A DNA stretch of 58,386 nt, from positions 1-58,386 of the forward strand of contig JBNKUM010000047.1 in NCBI GenBank assembly GCA_050298595.1, in the 5' to 3' direction. Below are positions 40,935-52,905 of the stretch, in pieces. Origin of the DNA: Gammaproteobacteria bacterium. Lineage in GTDB: Bacteria; Pseudomonadota; Gammaproteobacteria; GCA-001735895. A program made the translations under genes and the position numbers. Position 1 is the stretch's first letter; every line of letters starts with the position of its first letter. A model generated the notes under the pieces. The model searched no databases, had not been told where the DNA came from, and worked only from the letters and a program-made list of their open reading frames with translations.

Positions 40935-42116
40935 TTATGCACGGGTCATCAACAATTTCTTCGGACTACGGAAATTAGATGAGGCCAGCCATTCTAGCTT
41001 ATCATCAGTTTCGACCATTGAGAATTCTGGAATGGCTTCAAGGAAAACTTCCATAGAAGTTTTAATCGCCAGCCGCGCAATCGAGTTACCCAGACACAGA
41101 TGCACTCCGCCCCCCATACCGAGATGAGCCTTGGCCTTACGCGTTACATCATAGCTATCCGGTTCAGGGAATTTACGTTCATCACGATTGGCTGACCCAT
41201 AGGCCAGTATAACAAAGTCACCTGCTTTCATCGTTTGACCATGCAGGGTAACATCTTTGGTCAGGCAACGACGGAAGCGTTGTGCAGAACTGTTAAAACG
41301 CATGGATTCTTCTATCGCGTTCGGTAATAGAGACATATCCTCCACCACTTTTTTGCGCTGCTCAGGGAATTCAGCCAGGTTCTTGCCAAACATCTTGAGG
41401 AATCCTGAAAGGGACTCTATACCCGCCATGATTAAGGTGGTCACTGTGGTCTGTACCTGAATCAGATCCAGTTTGTAGCCTTCAACCTCAGCAGTAATCA
41501 GCTGACTGATCAGATCATCGCCTGGGTTTGCTGCGCGCGCTGAAATCACTTCCTGCGAATAACTCTGCATCCATTCAAAAGCTGCCAGGTGCTCTGCGCC
41601 TTTCTGTTTGGTTTTGGGATCAGTTTGCACCATCAACAGTGCGTTACGTTTTACTTCTTCAGGATTATCAGTTGGCAGGCCCAGTAACGCTACCAGTACA
41701 TTAAAGGTAATCTCTGAAGCAAAATCATCTGCAAAATCAAAAGTCTTTTTATCACCTATGTTGGCAATTGCCTGTTTGGCAATCTGCTGAATCGGCTCAA
41801 CCAGATGATTCAGGTTGCGTTTGGCGAATACAGACTGCACAACAGATCTTAACTGATCATGCTTTGGAGGATCCATAGAACCAAGGGTATTACCTGCACG
41901 ACCCGGAAATTCATCCACCAGATTACCTTTGGCTGACGAATAGGTTTGCCAGTCATTCAATGCATTAAACACATCATCATAACGGGTCAGCACCCATTTT
42001 TGCGCTTCCTCACTCCAGTAGCAGGGATGGTTATCGCGCAAATCCTTATAACTGTCAAAAGGGTTGGCATCAAACTCAGGTGAGTACAGGTTAAAACTCG
42101 TCATAATATTCTCCAA
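40935..42116 (-). CDS. Cytochrome P450, CYP203A-like
   Basis: ExxR (EESMR), heme motif MGGGVHLCLG, I-helix LIMAGIES; SSAKGNL..E.PGRAG.TLG and SAQRF.RCL match my recollection of CYP203A1. Confidence 0.9.
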   Translation of the reverse strand: MENIMTSFNLYSPEFDANPFDSYKDLRDNHPCYWSEEAQKWVLTRYDDVFNALNDWQTYSSAKGNLVDEFPGRAGNTLGSMDPPKHDQLRSVVQSVFAKRNLNHLVEPIQQIAKQAIANIGDKKTFDFADDFASEITFNVLVALLGLPTDNPEEVKRNALLMVQTDPKTKQKGAEHLAAFEWMQSYSQEVISARAANPGDDLISQLITAEVEGYKLDLIQVQTTVTTLIMAGIESLSGFLKMFGKNLAEFPEQRKKVVEDMSLLPNAIEESMRFNSSAQRFRRCLTKDVTLHGQTMKAGDFVILAYGSANRDERKFPEPDSYDVTRKAKAHLGMGGGVHLCLGNSIARLAIKTSMEVFLEAIPEFSMVETDDKLEWLASSNFRSPKKLLMTRA

Positions 42117-42138
42117 AGTATTTTATTGTTAAAAAGAA

Positions 42139-43362
<1,224 letters not shown>

Positions 43363-43502
43363 TTATGGTTAATTTAGTTTTTTATTATTATTCCTCGGCA
43401 TAACACCAGGATTAACTCCATAATGCGCTGAAAAAAGTACAAAAAAAATTCACTTATCCCGCACTTACTGGTACTTTTTAATCAAGCACTCAAATATAAC
43501 CT

Positions 43503-44411
43503 ATGAATTCAGACGACCAATACGCCATTCCCAGATTTGCTTTGTATGGTGATGAGAACCATCAGCTACAGCCCGAATTTGTCCATATAGAAGATATTGC
43601 CGATCGTAGCGAGAGACATGACTGGCATATAAAACCACATCGACATGGCAAACTATTCCAGCTGCTATTCCTTGACAATGGCTCGGCCGAGGTCTGTTTA
43701 GATGAGAAAAATCATAAGCTTAGCGGCTACTGGATCATTACCATCCCACCTGGAGCGGTGCATGGATTCTGTTTTCCGGCAGACACTCAGGGTAAGGTTT
43801 TGACCATGGTGGACTCTTTACTGGAAGGCCATGAACCACAGATTCAGGGCTATTTTAACCAGCTTTTAGAACAGCCCTTGCGTATTCAGTTTAACCCTGC
43901 AGATGTACTTTTTAAGCAACTGGTACAAACATTCGACAACATCAGCCAGGAAATCAGAGCATCGCAGCATAGCCAGAACCAGATGCTCAACTGTCTGGCA
44001 AAGATGTTATTGATCACAATCACACGCCAGCTTGAAAATCACCCTCAGCCAGGGCAGGAGCATAACAACGCCCGTAAGCTGCTGATCAACCGGTTCAAAC
44101 AGTTACTCGAAGAACACTACCAGCAGCACTGGAGCGTACAGCAGTATGCACAGTTGCTGAATACCTCAACCTCCAGCCTCAACCGCCTATGCAGTGAGAT
44201 GACAGGAGTGACTGCCAAGGAAATCATCCAGCATCGATTATTGATAGAAATTAAACGGCGCCTTATCTACACTCGCCTGCCACTGGACAGCATAGCCTAC
44301 GCACTGGGCTACAAGGATCCCTCCTATTTCTCTCGCTTTTTTAAGAAACGCGAAGGCATTTCGCCTGGGAACTACAGGCGGCAAAAATACAATGAGACCG
44401 AAACCTCATGA
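43503..44411 (+). CDS. pobR: AraC-family regulator, PobR type, divergent from pobA
   Basis: IPRFALYGD, WHIKPHRH and LGYKDPSYFSRFF; divergent position from pobA. Confidence 0.85.
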   Translation: MNSDDQYAIPRFALYGDENHQLQPEFVHIEDIADRSERHDWHIKPHRHGKLFQLLFLDNGSAEVCLDEKNHKLSGYWIITIPPGAVHGFCFPADTQGKVLTMVDSLLEGHEPQIQGYFNQLLEQPLRIQFNPADVLFKQLVQTFDNISQEIRASQHSQNQMLNCLAKMLLITITRQLENHPQPGQEHNNARKLLINRFKQLLEEHYQQHWSVQQYAQLLNTSTSSLNRLCSEMTGVTAKEIIQHRLLIEIKRRLIYTRLPLDSIAYALGYKDPSYFSRFFKKREGISPGNYRRQKYNETETS

Positions 44412-45217
44412 TGCAAGCCGCTAATTTTTCTTTGTCCGACTATCTTAAAAGGATTGGCTATCAGGGTGCCTGTCACGCCGACATAGATACCGTTCAAGCG
44501 CTGATGACGCATCAGTTAATGCATATTCCTTTTGAAAATATCGACGTTTTGAAGCGGATTGAAATCTCCATGCAGCCCGAAAAAATCGTCGACAAACTTA
44601 TCTATCAACAACGTGGTGGATACTGCTTTGAATTAAATGGGCTTTTCACGCAAGTATTACAGGCATTAAACATCCCTTACCAACTGATAGGCGCTCGCCC
44701 TTTTGTGCCTGGCGAGAAGAAGCCCAGAACCCATCTGGCACTGGCGGTGCATCTGAATGATGAAACATGGCTATGCGACCTGGGCTTTGGACGTTACGGC
44801 ATTCGGAGGCCTATCAATCTAGAGCAGATAAATCAGATGATTGCGCAGGGCGATGACCGCTTTATGCTGACACTGGATGAATCTGGAAATTATATCCTTA
44901 AAACGCTGATCAAAGGTGGATGGGCCGAGCAATATGAGTTTGATTTAATCGCCCAGCAATGGATAGACTTTATTCCTGCCAATCATTTCACCTCAACACA
45001 TCCTGACTCACTCTTTGTGAATAATCTGGTGCTGGTGCTGTATACGGAAACAGGACGTAAAATCATGAACAATTATGTATTAAAGTTGATCAATGCTGGC
45101 CAACAGGAGACGCAGGTCATCAGCCCACCCGATATGTCCAGGGTAATTCAAGACGAATTCAAACTTCCCTTTGGAAACATGGATTTTAGTTCTGGGCACA
45201 AAATGCATCACCAATAA
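44408..45217 (+). CDS. Arylamine N-acetyltransferase family protein
   Basis: IPFENID, RGGYCFELN (Cys), RTHLAL (His) and CDLGFG (Asp); ATGA overlap with pobR. Confidence 0.93.
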   Translation: MMQAANFSLSDYLKRIGYQGACHADIDTVQALMTHQLMHIPFENIDVLKRIEISMQPEKIVDKLIYQQRGGYCFELNGLFTQVLQALNIPYQLIGARPFVPGEKKPRTHLALAVHLNDETWLCDLGFGRYGIRRPINLEQINQMIAQGDDRFMLTLDESGNYILKTLIKGGWAEQYEFDLIAQQWIDFIPANHFTSTHPDSLFVNNLVLVLYTETGRKIMNNYVLKLINAGQQETQVISPPDMSRVIQDEFKLPFGNMDFSSGHKMHHQ

Positions 45218-46277
45218 GACTGCGCGGATTTTCTACCCAGTCATTAAAACAGTGCAGGCGTTGTTGGCGGGGGAGCTCAGATAGTCGTAACACCTGCTTA
45301 TAGAATGCCGCAAAATCTCCCTGCTGCTGAAGCAGGATTTGCTCAAACACAGGCACCCAGTCGTTATAGGTTGAAACGGAAACCAGCTTTGCATTATTTA
45401 ATTCCCCGTCAAACCAGCGCTGGAATCCATCGCTATGCTGTATAGCTTCAGAAAAGGCTTGATAGCGTTGCTTTAAATCCTGTAGATATTCGAGCTTCAG
45501 CCTTCTTTTTTCTTCATCGGCAATATCGCGTTGATACAGCGCCTGTAAATCAACACGCGCCTGTTTGATCAAATCGAACACCTTCTGCCGATTAGCCCTG
45601 CGCTGACGATAGCGCTCAAGCCGCTGTTCAAGCCCCTGTTGCTGTAACCATTTTTCCACTCCGGCATGCTGTACGGCTGTAGCAAAGGATTCATTAAAAC
45701 GAGTATCGCCATCCACATACAGCTGCTGGTGAGCTAGCTCATGGAATATCAGTCCCGCCAATAGCTCATCCGGCCAGTTAATAAAGGTATTCAGCACCGG
45801 GTCATCAAACCAGCCAAGCGTGGAATAGGCGGAGACATTCGCCACATAAACATCATAGTGCTGCTCGCGCAATTCACTGACAAACGCCTCCAGCCTTTGC
45901 TGATCAAAAAAGCCTCGATAACCGGCACAGCCGACTACTGGATAACACCATTGTTTCGCTTTAACCGAAAATTCTTCTGCCGCAAACAGGTTCTGCAAAG
46001 CATAGCTGCGCCCTAAATCCGCAAACTCTGTATAACTATCCGACTCAGGCAGTTTCAATTCGGCGAATGCAAAGCTGCGTATATCCTGTACCCGACGCAG
46101 GCGTTGTTTTAACTGGTCAGGAATAGCCTCATCCTGCAGGATTTCATCCATATTCCGCTTTTGCTGGATAATGTTGAAATGCCCCTCAACTGAGTGCAGG
46201 TAGTAACCTATATCTGCACAGGCTGCAAGCCCAGCCATACTCAACAGAACAATAGACAAACGGATTTTAGCCAACAT
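45186..46277 (-). CDS. Putative zinc aminopeptidase lipoprotein (DUF2265-like)
   Basis: Lipobox LAAC; AYSTLGWFDDP, IFHELAHQ and FNESFA. Confidence 0.88.
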   Translation of the reverse strand: MLAKIRLSIVLLSMAGLAACADIGYYLHSVEGHFNIIQQKRNMDEILQDEAIPDQLKQRLRRVQDIRSFAFAELKLPESDSYTEFADLGRSYALQNLFAAEEFSVKAKQWCYPVVGCAGYRGFFDQQRLEAFVSELREQHYDVYVANVSAYSTLGWFDDPVLNTFINWPDELLAGLIFHELAHQQLYVDGDTRFNESFATAVQHAGVEKWLQQQGLEQRLERYRQRRANRQKVFDLIKQARVDLQALYQRDIADEEKRRLKLEYLQDLKQRYQAFSEAIQHSDGFQRWFDGELNNAKLVSVSTYNDWVPVFEQILLQQQGDFAAFYKQVLRLSELPRQQRLHCFNDWVENPRSLIGDAFCAQN

Positions 46278-46346
46278 AACGTTGATTTTTTTCTATATTA
46301 AGTGATAAGACCATGACAGAATTGTCGAAGTAGTTTTTAGCATGTT

Positions 46347-47096
46347 ATGGTATTCGGCCATCATCGACAAACTATGATGCCTCTAATCCCGCTTTCGAAA
46401 GATAATATTATGGAAGAAATCAATCTTAACACTGATGACGAAATCACCCCGTTTTCCGATGAAGAGCAGGCCAGGGTTAAAAAGATAAATCAGGAATTCA
46501 CTCAACAGAGTCATCTAAAAGGGCTGCTTTTCCACTTCACCATATTCAATGACATTCAATGCTACCAGCGTATTGAACGTAAACATGGCGGCAAACAACA
46601 ATTCCGCATCAACCTGACCTATCTGGACCCCAGGCCTGTACGTCGATCTAAATTAGCTGAAAGCTGGCTTATCAGTTCGGCTATCTTTGCCATCATTAGT
46701 CTGATGCTGATTTATATCAACTGGTTTAAGGACACAACAGGCAATTCGTCACTAGCCATTCCACTGACCATATTGGCAATGACTTTATGCCTGATCAGTT
46801 TTCTATTCGGCCTGTTTAAAGCCGAAGACAGGGTATATTTTTATACTCAATACGGACGTGCCGCTATCCTCGAATTAATGAATAAAAACCCTGATAAGAC
46901 ATCATTTGACGACTTTCTTCAAAGCTTGTCCAGCCACATCATTAGCGCTCAACAGAATGCTAGACTGGATAATACTCAGCGATTAACTCAGGAATTAAAA
47001 GAGTTACGCCGACTGAAGGATGAAACTGTGATCAGCGAACAAAAATACGAGCAGGCTAAACAGCGTATCTTTCGCAATAAAGCATTCAAAAGCTGA
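46347..47096 (+). CDS. Hypothetical 2-TM membrane protein with SHOCT-like tail
   Basis: Two TMs; ELKELRRLKDETVISEQKYEQAKQRI; start may be about 46410. Confidence 0.75.
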   Translation: MVFGHHRQTMMPLIPLSKDNIMEEINLNTDDEITPFSDEEQARVKKINQEFTQQSHLKGLLFHFTIFNDIQCYQRIERKHGGKQQFRINLTYLDPRPVRRSKLAESWLISSAIFAIISLMLIYINWFKDTTGNSSLAIPLTILAMTLCLISFLFGLFKAEDRVYFYTQYGRAAILELMNKNPDKTSFDDFLQSLSSHIISAQQNARLDNTQRLTQELKELRRLKDETVISEQKYEQAKQRIFRNKAFKS

Positions 47097-47171
47097 AACA
47101 AAAAGGGCTCTGCCTTTAGCTGGCTGGCATGATACTCTTGACAGCCATTTGAAAACGACAGGAGTTCTCAC

Positions 47172-48920
47172 GTGCAATCATTTACTTCCTTTTTCCTGCG
47201 CCTTTTCAACCCTGTTGTCCTGGCTTTCACACTGCTACCTTTTGCAACCTTACAGGCCAGCCCACCTATCCTCAACTATGCCAGTCTGGCCCAACCGGTA
47301 TGGGCTGAACATGGCATGGTGGCATCACAGCAAGGCATCGCTACACAGGTAGGTGTCGAAATCCTGCAACAGGGAGGTAATGCCGTCGACGCTGCGGTCG
47401 CTGTTGGATTTGCACTGGCCGTGACCCTGCCTCGAGCTGGTAATCTGGGCGGTGGCGGGTTCATGCTGGTACACCGAGCCGATAAAAATGAAACTGTGGC
47501 TATAGATTATCGTGAGATGGCTCCCAGCGCTGCACATCGCGATATTTATCTTGATGACAGGGGTGAGGTTGTAAAAAACCGTTCACGCTTCCACGGCCTG
47601 GCGGTAGGCGTACCCGGTACAGTAAAAGGCCTGACCCAGGCTTTATCAGACTATGGCACATTTACTTTAAAGCAGGTATTAAAACCTGCAATCAGATTGG
47701 CTAGCCGGGGTTTTATGGTTGACCACGACTTATCGGTATCTCTATCTAAAGCAGCCGACAGACTAAAAAAAGATTCAGCATCTGCTAATGTTTTTTATCA
47801 TGACGATGGCAGTGCTTATCAAGCTGGCGAGACACTCACGCAACCCGATCTTGCGCGCACGTTACGCCTGATCGCAAACAAAGGAAGCGCAGGTTTTTAT
47901 CAGGGTGAAGTTGCCAAAAGCATCATCAAAGCCGTTGAGCAGGCCGATGGCAATATGAGCCTGCAGGACCTGGCAGACTACCAGGTTAAGATTCGCACAC
48001 CCATCTGGGGCAGCTATCGTGGCTATCGTATTGCATCTATGCCACCACCCTCATCCGGCGGTACACATATTGTTCAAATCCTGAATATGATGGAGCACTA
48101 CGACCTGACCAGCAGCGGTCACAACAGCGCTCAAACCATACACCTGATGGCCGAAGCCATGAAACGGGCTTATGCAGATCGAAGTGAATATCTTGGCGAC
48201 CCTGATTTCAACAAGGTGCCAGTGGCTGAGCTCACCGATAAGGAATATGCAACAAAGCTGGTTAAACAAATCAATCCCGACAAGGCCAGTATCAGCCAGC
48301 ACATTAAACCCGGTCTTGGACCTTTATACGAATCACCTCAAACCACGCATTTTTCTGTGGTCGACCGCTGGGGCAATGCGGCATCCAATACCTACACCCT
48401 CAATTTCAGTTATGGCTCCGGCATCATGGCCGCAGGCAGCGGGGTTTTGCTCAACAATGAAATGGATGACTTTAGCGCCAAACCCGGCGTACCCAATGCC
48501 TATGGACTGATTGGAGGCGAGGCCAATTCAGTAGCCGCGCGCAAACGCCCGCTAAGCTCGATGAGTCCAACCATTGTATTTGATAAAGATAAGCCGGATG
48601 TGTTTCTGGTAACCGGCAGCCCCGGTGGCTCACGCATTATTACCACTACCTTACAGATCATCAGTAATGTGATTGATCACAAAATGAATATTGCTGAAGC
48701 CACACAGTCTGCACGTTTTCATCATCAGTGGTTACCGGATAAACTGACACTGGAAAAAGGCTTCAGTCTGGATACCATCAAACTTCTTGAGCAAAAAGGC
48801 CATGTGATAGACGCCAGCCGCTGGGCCATGGGTAGCACCCAATCTATCATGAAGGTTGAAGGTGGCTGGAATGGCGCATCGGATACCCGTCAGGCGGGTA
48901 CACTGAGTGCAGGATATTGA
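47172..48920 (+). CDS. ggt: Gamma-glutamyltransferase
   Basis: GGNAVDAA, IDYRE, autocleavage site QTTHFS, LNNEMDDF, RPLSSMSP and GSPGGSRI. Confidence 0.97.
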   Translation: MQSFTSFFLRLFNPVVLAFTLLPFATLQASPPILNYASLAQPVWAEHGMVASQQGIATQVGVEILQQGGNAVDAAVAVGFALAVTLPRAGNLGGGGFMLVHRADKNETVAIDYREMAPSAAHRDIYLDDRGEVVKNRSRFHGLAVGVPGTVKGLTQALSDYGTFTLKQVLKPAIRLASRGFMVDHDLSVSLSKAADRLKKDSASANVFYHDDGSAYQAGETLTQPDLARTLRLIANKGSAGFYQGEVAKSIIKAVEQADGNMSLQDLADYQVKIRTPIWGSYRGYRIASMPPPSSGGTHIVQILNMMEHYDLTSSGHNSAQTIHLMAEAMKRAYADRSEYLGDPDFNKVPVAELTDKEYATKLVKQINPDKASISQHIKPGLGPLYESPQTTHFSVVDRWGNAASNTYTLNFSYGSGIMAAGSGVLLNNEMDDFSAKPGVPNAYGLIGGEANSVAARKRPLSSMSPTIVFDKDKPDVFLVTGSPGGSRIITTTLQIISNVIDHKMNIAEATQSARFHHQWLPDKLTLEKGFSLDTIKLLEQKGHVIDASRWAMGSTQSIMKVEGGWNGASDTRQAGTLSAGY

Positions 48921-48980
48921 TTATTTACAATCGCGCACCATCTATTCGAGACAATTAAAAAACACCATGAGACTTACCCT

Positions 48981-49643
48981 ATGAAACCCAAACTAATCAG
49001 CTTCAAACTTTGCCCTTATGTTCAGAAAGCAGTATTAACCTTACTGCACAAAGGCATCGATTTTGATATCGAATACATTGACCTGATGGACCCTCCCGAG
49101 TGGTTTAAGGAAATCTCCCCCCTGGGCAAGGTCCCGGTGGTGCAGGTAGGTGAGCAGATTATCTTTGAATCCTCGGTTATTATTGAATATCTCGACGAAG
49201 CTTATGGAGAGCCACTACACCCTGCGGATCTGGTGCTTAAGGCTCAAAACCGCAGCTGGATGGAGTTTGGTAATGAATGCCTGATGAATGGTTTTAACCT
49301 GATAGTGATACCTGACGAGGATGGCTTTAATGAACTGGTAGAAGCCATGCTGAGCAAACTGGATCGAATCGAAAACACCCTCAGCGGCAAACCATTTTTT
49401 AATGGCGATTCCGTCTCTCTGGTTGATCTGAGTTTTGCACCATTATTTCAGCGTCTTAGTTTTCTGGAGTCCTATATCCCGCAATTGAAGGATGCCAGTC
49501 GCCACCCCAAAGTGACAAGCTGGGCTGAGAACTTAATGCAGCTACCTATTATGCCGGACTCCGCAGTGCCCGAACTTGAACAGCTCTACGATGGCATGAT
49601 GAAAAAGCGTGGCGGATATATCGCAAGCTTAAAGGCCGCATGA
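48981..49643 (+). CDS. Glutathione S-transferase family protein
   Basis: LCPYVQK, SPLGKVP, FESSVI.EYLDE and SLVDLSFAP. Confidence 0.93.
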   Translation: MKPKLISFKLCPYVQKAVLTLLHKGIDFDIEYIDLMDPPEWFKEISPLGKVPVVQVGEQIIFESSVIIEYLDEAYGEPLHPADLVLKAQNRSWMEFGNECLMNGFNLIVIPDEDGFNELVEAMLSKLDRIENTLSGKPFFNGDSVSLVDLSFAPLFQRLSFLESYIPQLKDASRHPKVTSWAENLMQLPIMPDSAVPELEQLYDGMMKKRGGYIASLKAA

Positions 49644-50554
49644 ATATACGTGACCTGAAATATCTGATTGCGCTCGCCGAGACCCAGCATTTCGGCAAAG
49701 CCGCTCAGCGCTGTTTCGTCAGTCAACCCACTTTAAGTGGACAGATTAAAAAACTGGAAGATGAACTGGGCGTCACTATCTTTGAACGCACTAACCGTAG
49801 CGTTAAAATCACCCCCGCCGGACAGGATATATTGCAGCATGCCCACCTCATCCTTGAACAGGTAGACGTCATCCAGCAACTGGCACAATCCTATCAGGAT
49901 CCAGTTGCAGGACCTTTGCGCATCGGCGCTATTCCCACCATCAGCCCTTACCTGATGCCATTGATCCTGAAACCCCTGCAGCAGGATTACCCGAAATTAA
50001 AGCTGGTGCTTTCCGAAGAGGCTACCGATGTACTGTTGCAGCGTCTGGCCAATCATGAGATCGACGCAGCCATTCTGGCCACCGATCATCCAGAAACCGA
50101 TTTCCAATCTATACCTCTATTCAGGGAACCCTTCTGGCTGGCACACCCTCTGAATCATCCCTTATATACCAGGGATGAAATCACACAACAGGATCTGGAA
50201 GGGCTGGACATCTTACTGTTACCCGACAACTACTGCCTGGCTCAACAGGCCATGGAGGTGTGTCATTTAGCAGAGCGCCAGCAACAGGGCGAGATGGCTA
50301 ATCTGCGTGCCTCCAGTCTGGAAACCCTGTTGCAGCTGGTCAGCGCCGGTTATGGCTGCACGTTAGTTCCTGCTTTGGCCATGTCTGGTTCATGGACAAC
50401 AGGCCGAGGTATCGCAACCCATGAGTTACATCTGGACAACAGCTGGCGCAAGATCTCTCTATTCTATCGTAGTAGCTATCCCCGTTTTCAGGCCTTGCAG
50501 GCCTTAATCACCACCATCCTTAATCATCTGCCCAATACGGTTAAGCCCTATTAA
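49640..50554 (+). CDS. oxyR: OxyR-type LysR regulator
   Basis: MNIRDLKY...HFGKAA..CFVSQPTLS, GAIPTISPYL and C-x8-C (CLAQQAMEVC). Confidence 0.88.
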   Translation: MNIRDLKYLIALAETQHFGKAAQRCFVSQPTLSGQIKKLEDELGVTIFERTNRSVKITPAGQDILQHAHLILEQVDVIQQLAQSYQDPVAGPLRIGAIPTISPYLMPLILKPLQQDYPKLKLVLSEEATDVLLQRLANHEIDAAILATDHPETDFQSIPLFREPFWLAHPLNHPLYTRDEITQQDLEGLDILLLPDNYCLAQQAMEVCHLAERQQQGEMANLRASSLETLLQLVSAGYGCTLVPALAMSGSWTTGRGIATHELHLDNSWRKISLFYRSSYPRFQALQALITTILNHLPNTVKPY

Positions 50555-50590
50555 TCGGAAATACCTATTATTTCGATCAAAACAAACGAT
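50554..50590 (+). promoter_or_regulatory. OxyR binding site upstream of the Prx-Grx gene
   Basis: ATCG-N7-CTAT-N7-ATCA-N7-CGAT matches the ATAG-N7-CTAT-N7-ATAG-N7-CTAT spacing exactly. Confidence 0.75.
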
Positions 50591-50674
50591 TTTACTGATT
50601 CACCGAACTCCCTGATAATTCTCCCAAGTTACAAACAACTCACCCAAAACCCTTTTATCATCTGGAGACATAAC

Positions 50675-51424
50675 ATGTTAGAAAATAAAGAAGGTCAATC
50701 AGTACCCCAGGTCACTTTTCGTACACGTCAGGATCACGAGTGGATAGACGTCAACAGTGTTGAGGTTTTCAAAGGCAAAACTGTAGTGGTTTTTTCACTA
50801 CCCGGCGCTTTCACCCCAACCTGTTCATCAACCCATGTACCGCGCTATAACCAGTTAGCGACTGCGTTGAAGCAAAACGGTGTGGATGAGATCGTGTGTA
50901 TTTCAGTTAACGATGCATTTGTCATGAATGAATGGAAAGCAAGCCAGGAAGCCGACAATATTACCTTCCTGCCCGATGGCAACGGTGATTTCACCAAAGG
51001 TATGGGCATGCTGGTATCCAAGAACGATATTGGATTTGGTGATCGTTCATGGCGTTATTCCATGCTGGTGAAAGACGGTGTGGTAGACAAGATGTTCATC
51101 GAGCCTGATGTACCTGGCGACCCTTTTGAAGTTTCCGACGCGGACACTATGCTGAGCTATATCGCTCCCGGTACAAGAGCACCCAAAAGCGTCACGGTAT
51201 TCACTCGCGAAGGTTGCCCATTCTGTGTACGTGCCAAAGGCATGCTGCGCGATGCAGGTATAAACTTTGACGAGCTGATACTGAATCGCGACTTCCGTGA
51301 ATCAACCATTCGTGCAATCTCTGGTACTTCATCCGTACCTCAAATCTTCATCGATGGCGATTTGATCGGAGGATCGGATCAGCTGGAAAAATATCTGGCT
51401 GAAGATGCTAGTATTGCAGCCTAG
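50675..51424 (+). CDS. garA: Hybrid peroxiredoxin-glutaredoxin (glutathione-amide-dependent peroxidase type)
   Basis: [17 protein letters not shown] and C-terminal CPFC glutaredoxin; adjacent to a GAR-like reductase. Confidence 0.85.
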   Translation: MLENKEGQSVPQVTFRTRQDHEWIDVNSVEVFKGKTVVVFSLPGAFTPTCSSTHVPRYNQLATALKQNGVDEIVCISVNDAFVMNEWKASQEADNITFLPDGNGDFTKGMGMLVSKNDIGFGDRSWRYSMLVKDGVVDKMFIEPDVPGDPFEVSDADTMLSYIAPGTRAPKSVTVFTREGCPFCVRAKGMLRDAGINFDELILNRDFRESTIRAISGTSSVPQIFIDGDLIGGSDQLEKYLAEDASIAA

Positions 51425-51441
51425 GTTGAATTGTTAACACC

Positions 51442-51473
51442 GATACCGGTCTCAATGACCGGTATCTTTATTT
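51442..51473 (+). terminator. Stem-loop between the Prx-Grx and reductase genes
   Basis: GATACCGGTC-5nt-GACCGGTATC followed by TTTATTT. Confidence 0.6.
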
Positions 51474-52905
51474 GTGGAATTCTATTATGAGCGAAAATGT
51501 TTTTGATTTATTAGTCATTGGTGGCGGAAGCGGTGGCCTTGCCGTGGCAGAAAAGGCTGCCCAGTTCGGAAAAAAAGTAGCCATAGTAGAATCTTCCAAA
51601 CTTGGCGGCACCTGTGTCAATCAGGGCTGTGTGCCGAAAAAAATCATGTGGTATGCCGCCAATCTGGCGCATGCGGTGGATGATGCATCAAGCTTTGGCA
51701 TCCCCGCACAACGCGGCACTACCGACTGGCAAAAACTGGTTACGGGTCGTGAGCAGTATATCGCCAACATCAATAACTTCTGGGATGGCTATGTGACTGA
51801 TCTGAACATCACGCACATCCCCGGCCATGCTAAATTCGTTGATCAAAACACCTTAAGCGTTGATGGCAGAAAATACTCTGCTAAACATATCGTCATTGCT
51901 ACTGGCGGCAGGCCGTTTGTACCTGATGTACCGGGTGCTGAACTCGGTATTACATCAGATGGGTTCTTTCTGTTAGAACAAATGCCTGAAAAAGTAGCTG
52001 TCATCGGCGGTGGATATATTGGCATTGAACTAGGTGGCGTTTTACGAGCACTGGGTGCCGATGTCACCGTACTCGCACCGAGCGAACGCATCCTGAAAAA
52101 CTTCGACAGCCTGATCAGCGACACATTAGCTGAAGAGATGCGCAAGCAGGGTATCCAGCTGTATAACAGTTTTCGCGTCACCAGTCTTTCACGCAATGAT
52201 CAGGGCCTGATGGTTCACAGCGCTGAACAACAACTTCAAGGTTTTGATCAGGTGATCTGGGCCACTGGACGCTTACCCAATACCGACACCCTCAACCTGG
52301 ACGCCGCCGGTGTTGAAATGTTGCCCAATGGCGTGATACCTGTGGATGAATACGAGGAAACCAATATCGAAGGCATCTATGCTCTGGGCGATATCATCGG
52401 TAAGCAACAATTAACCCCCGTAGCCATAGCCGCAGGGCGCAGACTGGCCGAACGCCTGTACAACGGTAAGCCCGAAATGAAGATGGATTACAGGAATGTC
52501 CCCAGTGTGGTATTCAGTCACCCCCCTATTGCAACCGTTGGCCTGACGGAGCTTGAGGCCATCCAGACTAAAGAACAGGTGAATATCTACCAGAGCGACT
52601 TCACCCCAATGCGATACGCCCTGGCCGACCATGGCAGTACCACTGCAATGAAACTGGTGTGCTGCGGCAAGCATGAAAAGGTTGTTGGCATACACGTGAT
52701 CGGAGATGGTGCGGATGAAATGATGCAGGGTTTTGCAGTAGCAGTAAAAATGGGCGCAACCAAGGCAGATTTCGACAATACCGTGGCGATTCATCCAGGC
52801 AGCGCAGAAGAACTGGTTACCATGAAAACACCTTTACGCAATCACCCCAGTCATGAAGTAGATGCGGGTAATGAGTGGAAAGAGGTTGAAGATAAGTCGG
52901 CTTGA
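51472..52905 (+). CDS. garB: Glutathione amide reductase-like disulfide reductase (Gor family, NADH-type fingerprint)
   Basis: CVNQGC redox centre; [19 protein letters not shown], GxGxxG (GGGYIG) without the NADPH-type Arg, and HPGSAEE resemble Marichromatium GAR as recalled; start probably ATG 51487. Confidence 0.8.
   Translation: MWNSIMSENVFDLLVIGGGSGGLAVAEKAAQFGKKVAIVESSKLGGTCVNQGCVPKKIMWYAANLAHAVDDASSFGIPAQRGTTDWQKLVTGREQYIANINNFWDGYVTDLNITHIPGHAKFVDQNTLSVDGRKYSAKHIVIATGGRPFVPDVPGAELGITSDGFFLLEQMPEKVAVIGGGYIGIELGGVLRALGADVTVLAPSERILKNFDSLISDTLAEEMRKQGIQLYNSFRVTSLSRNDQGLMVHSAEQQLQGFDQVIWATGRLPNTDTLNLDAAGVEMLPNGVIPVDEYEETNIEGIYALGDIIGKQQLTPVAIAAGRRLAERLYNGKPEMKMDYRNVPSVVFSHPPIATVGLTELEAIQTKEQVNIYQSDFTPMRYALADHGSTTAMKLVCCGKHEKVVGIHVIGDGADEMMQGFAVAVKMGATKADFDNTVAIHPGSAEELVTMKTPLRNHPSHEVDAGNEWKEVEDKSA

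Noticed and set aside
40935-42116. CYP199A 4-methoxybenzoate O-demethylase
   Set aside because: I-helix AGIES and the surrounding motifs differ from CYP199A (AGLDTT as recalled) and fit CYP203A better.
51472-52905. Plain NADPH glutathione reductase (gor)
   Set aside because: Substrate-site and nucleotide-binding fingerprints fit glutathione amide reductase better; not excluded without an assay.
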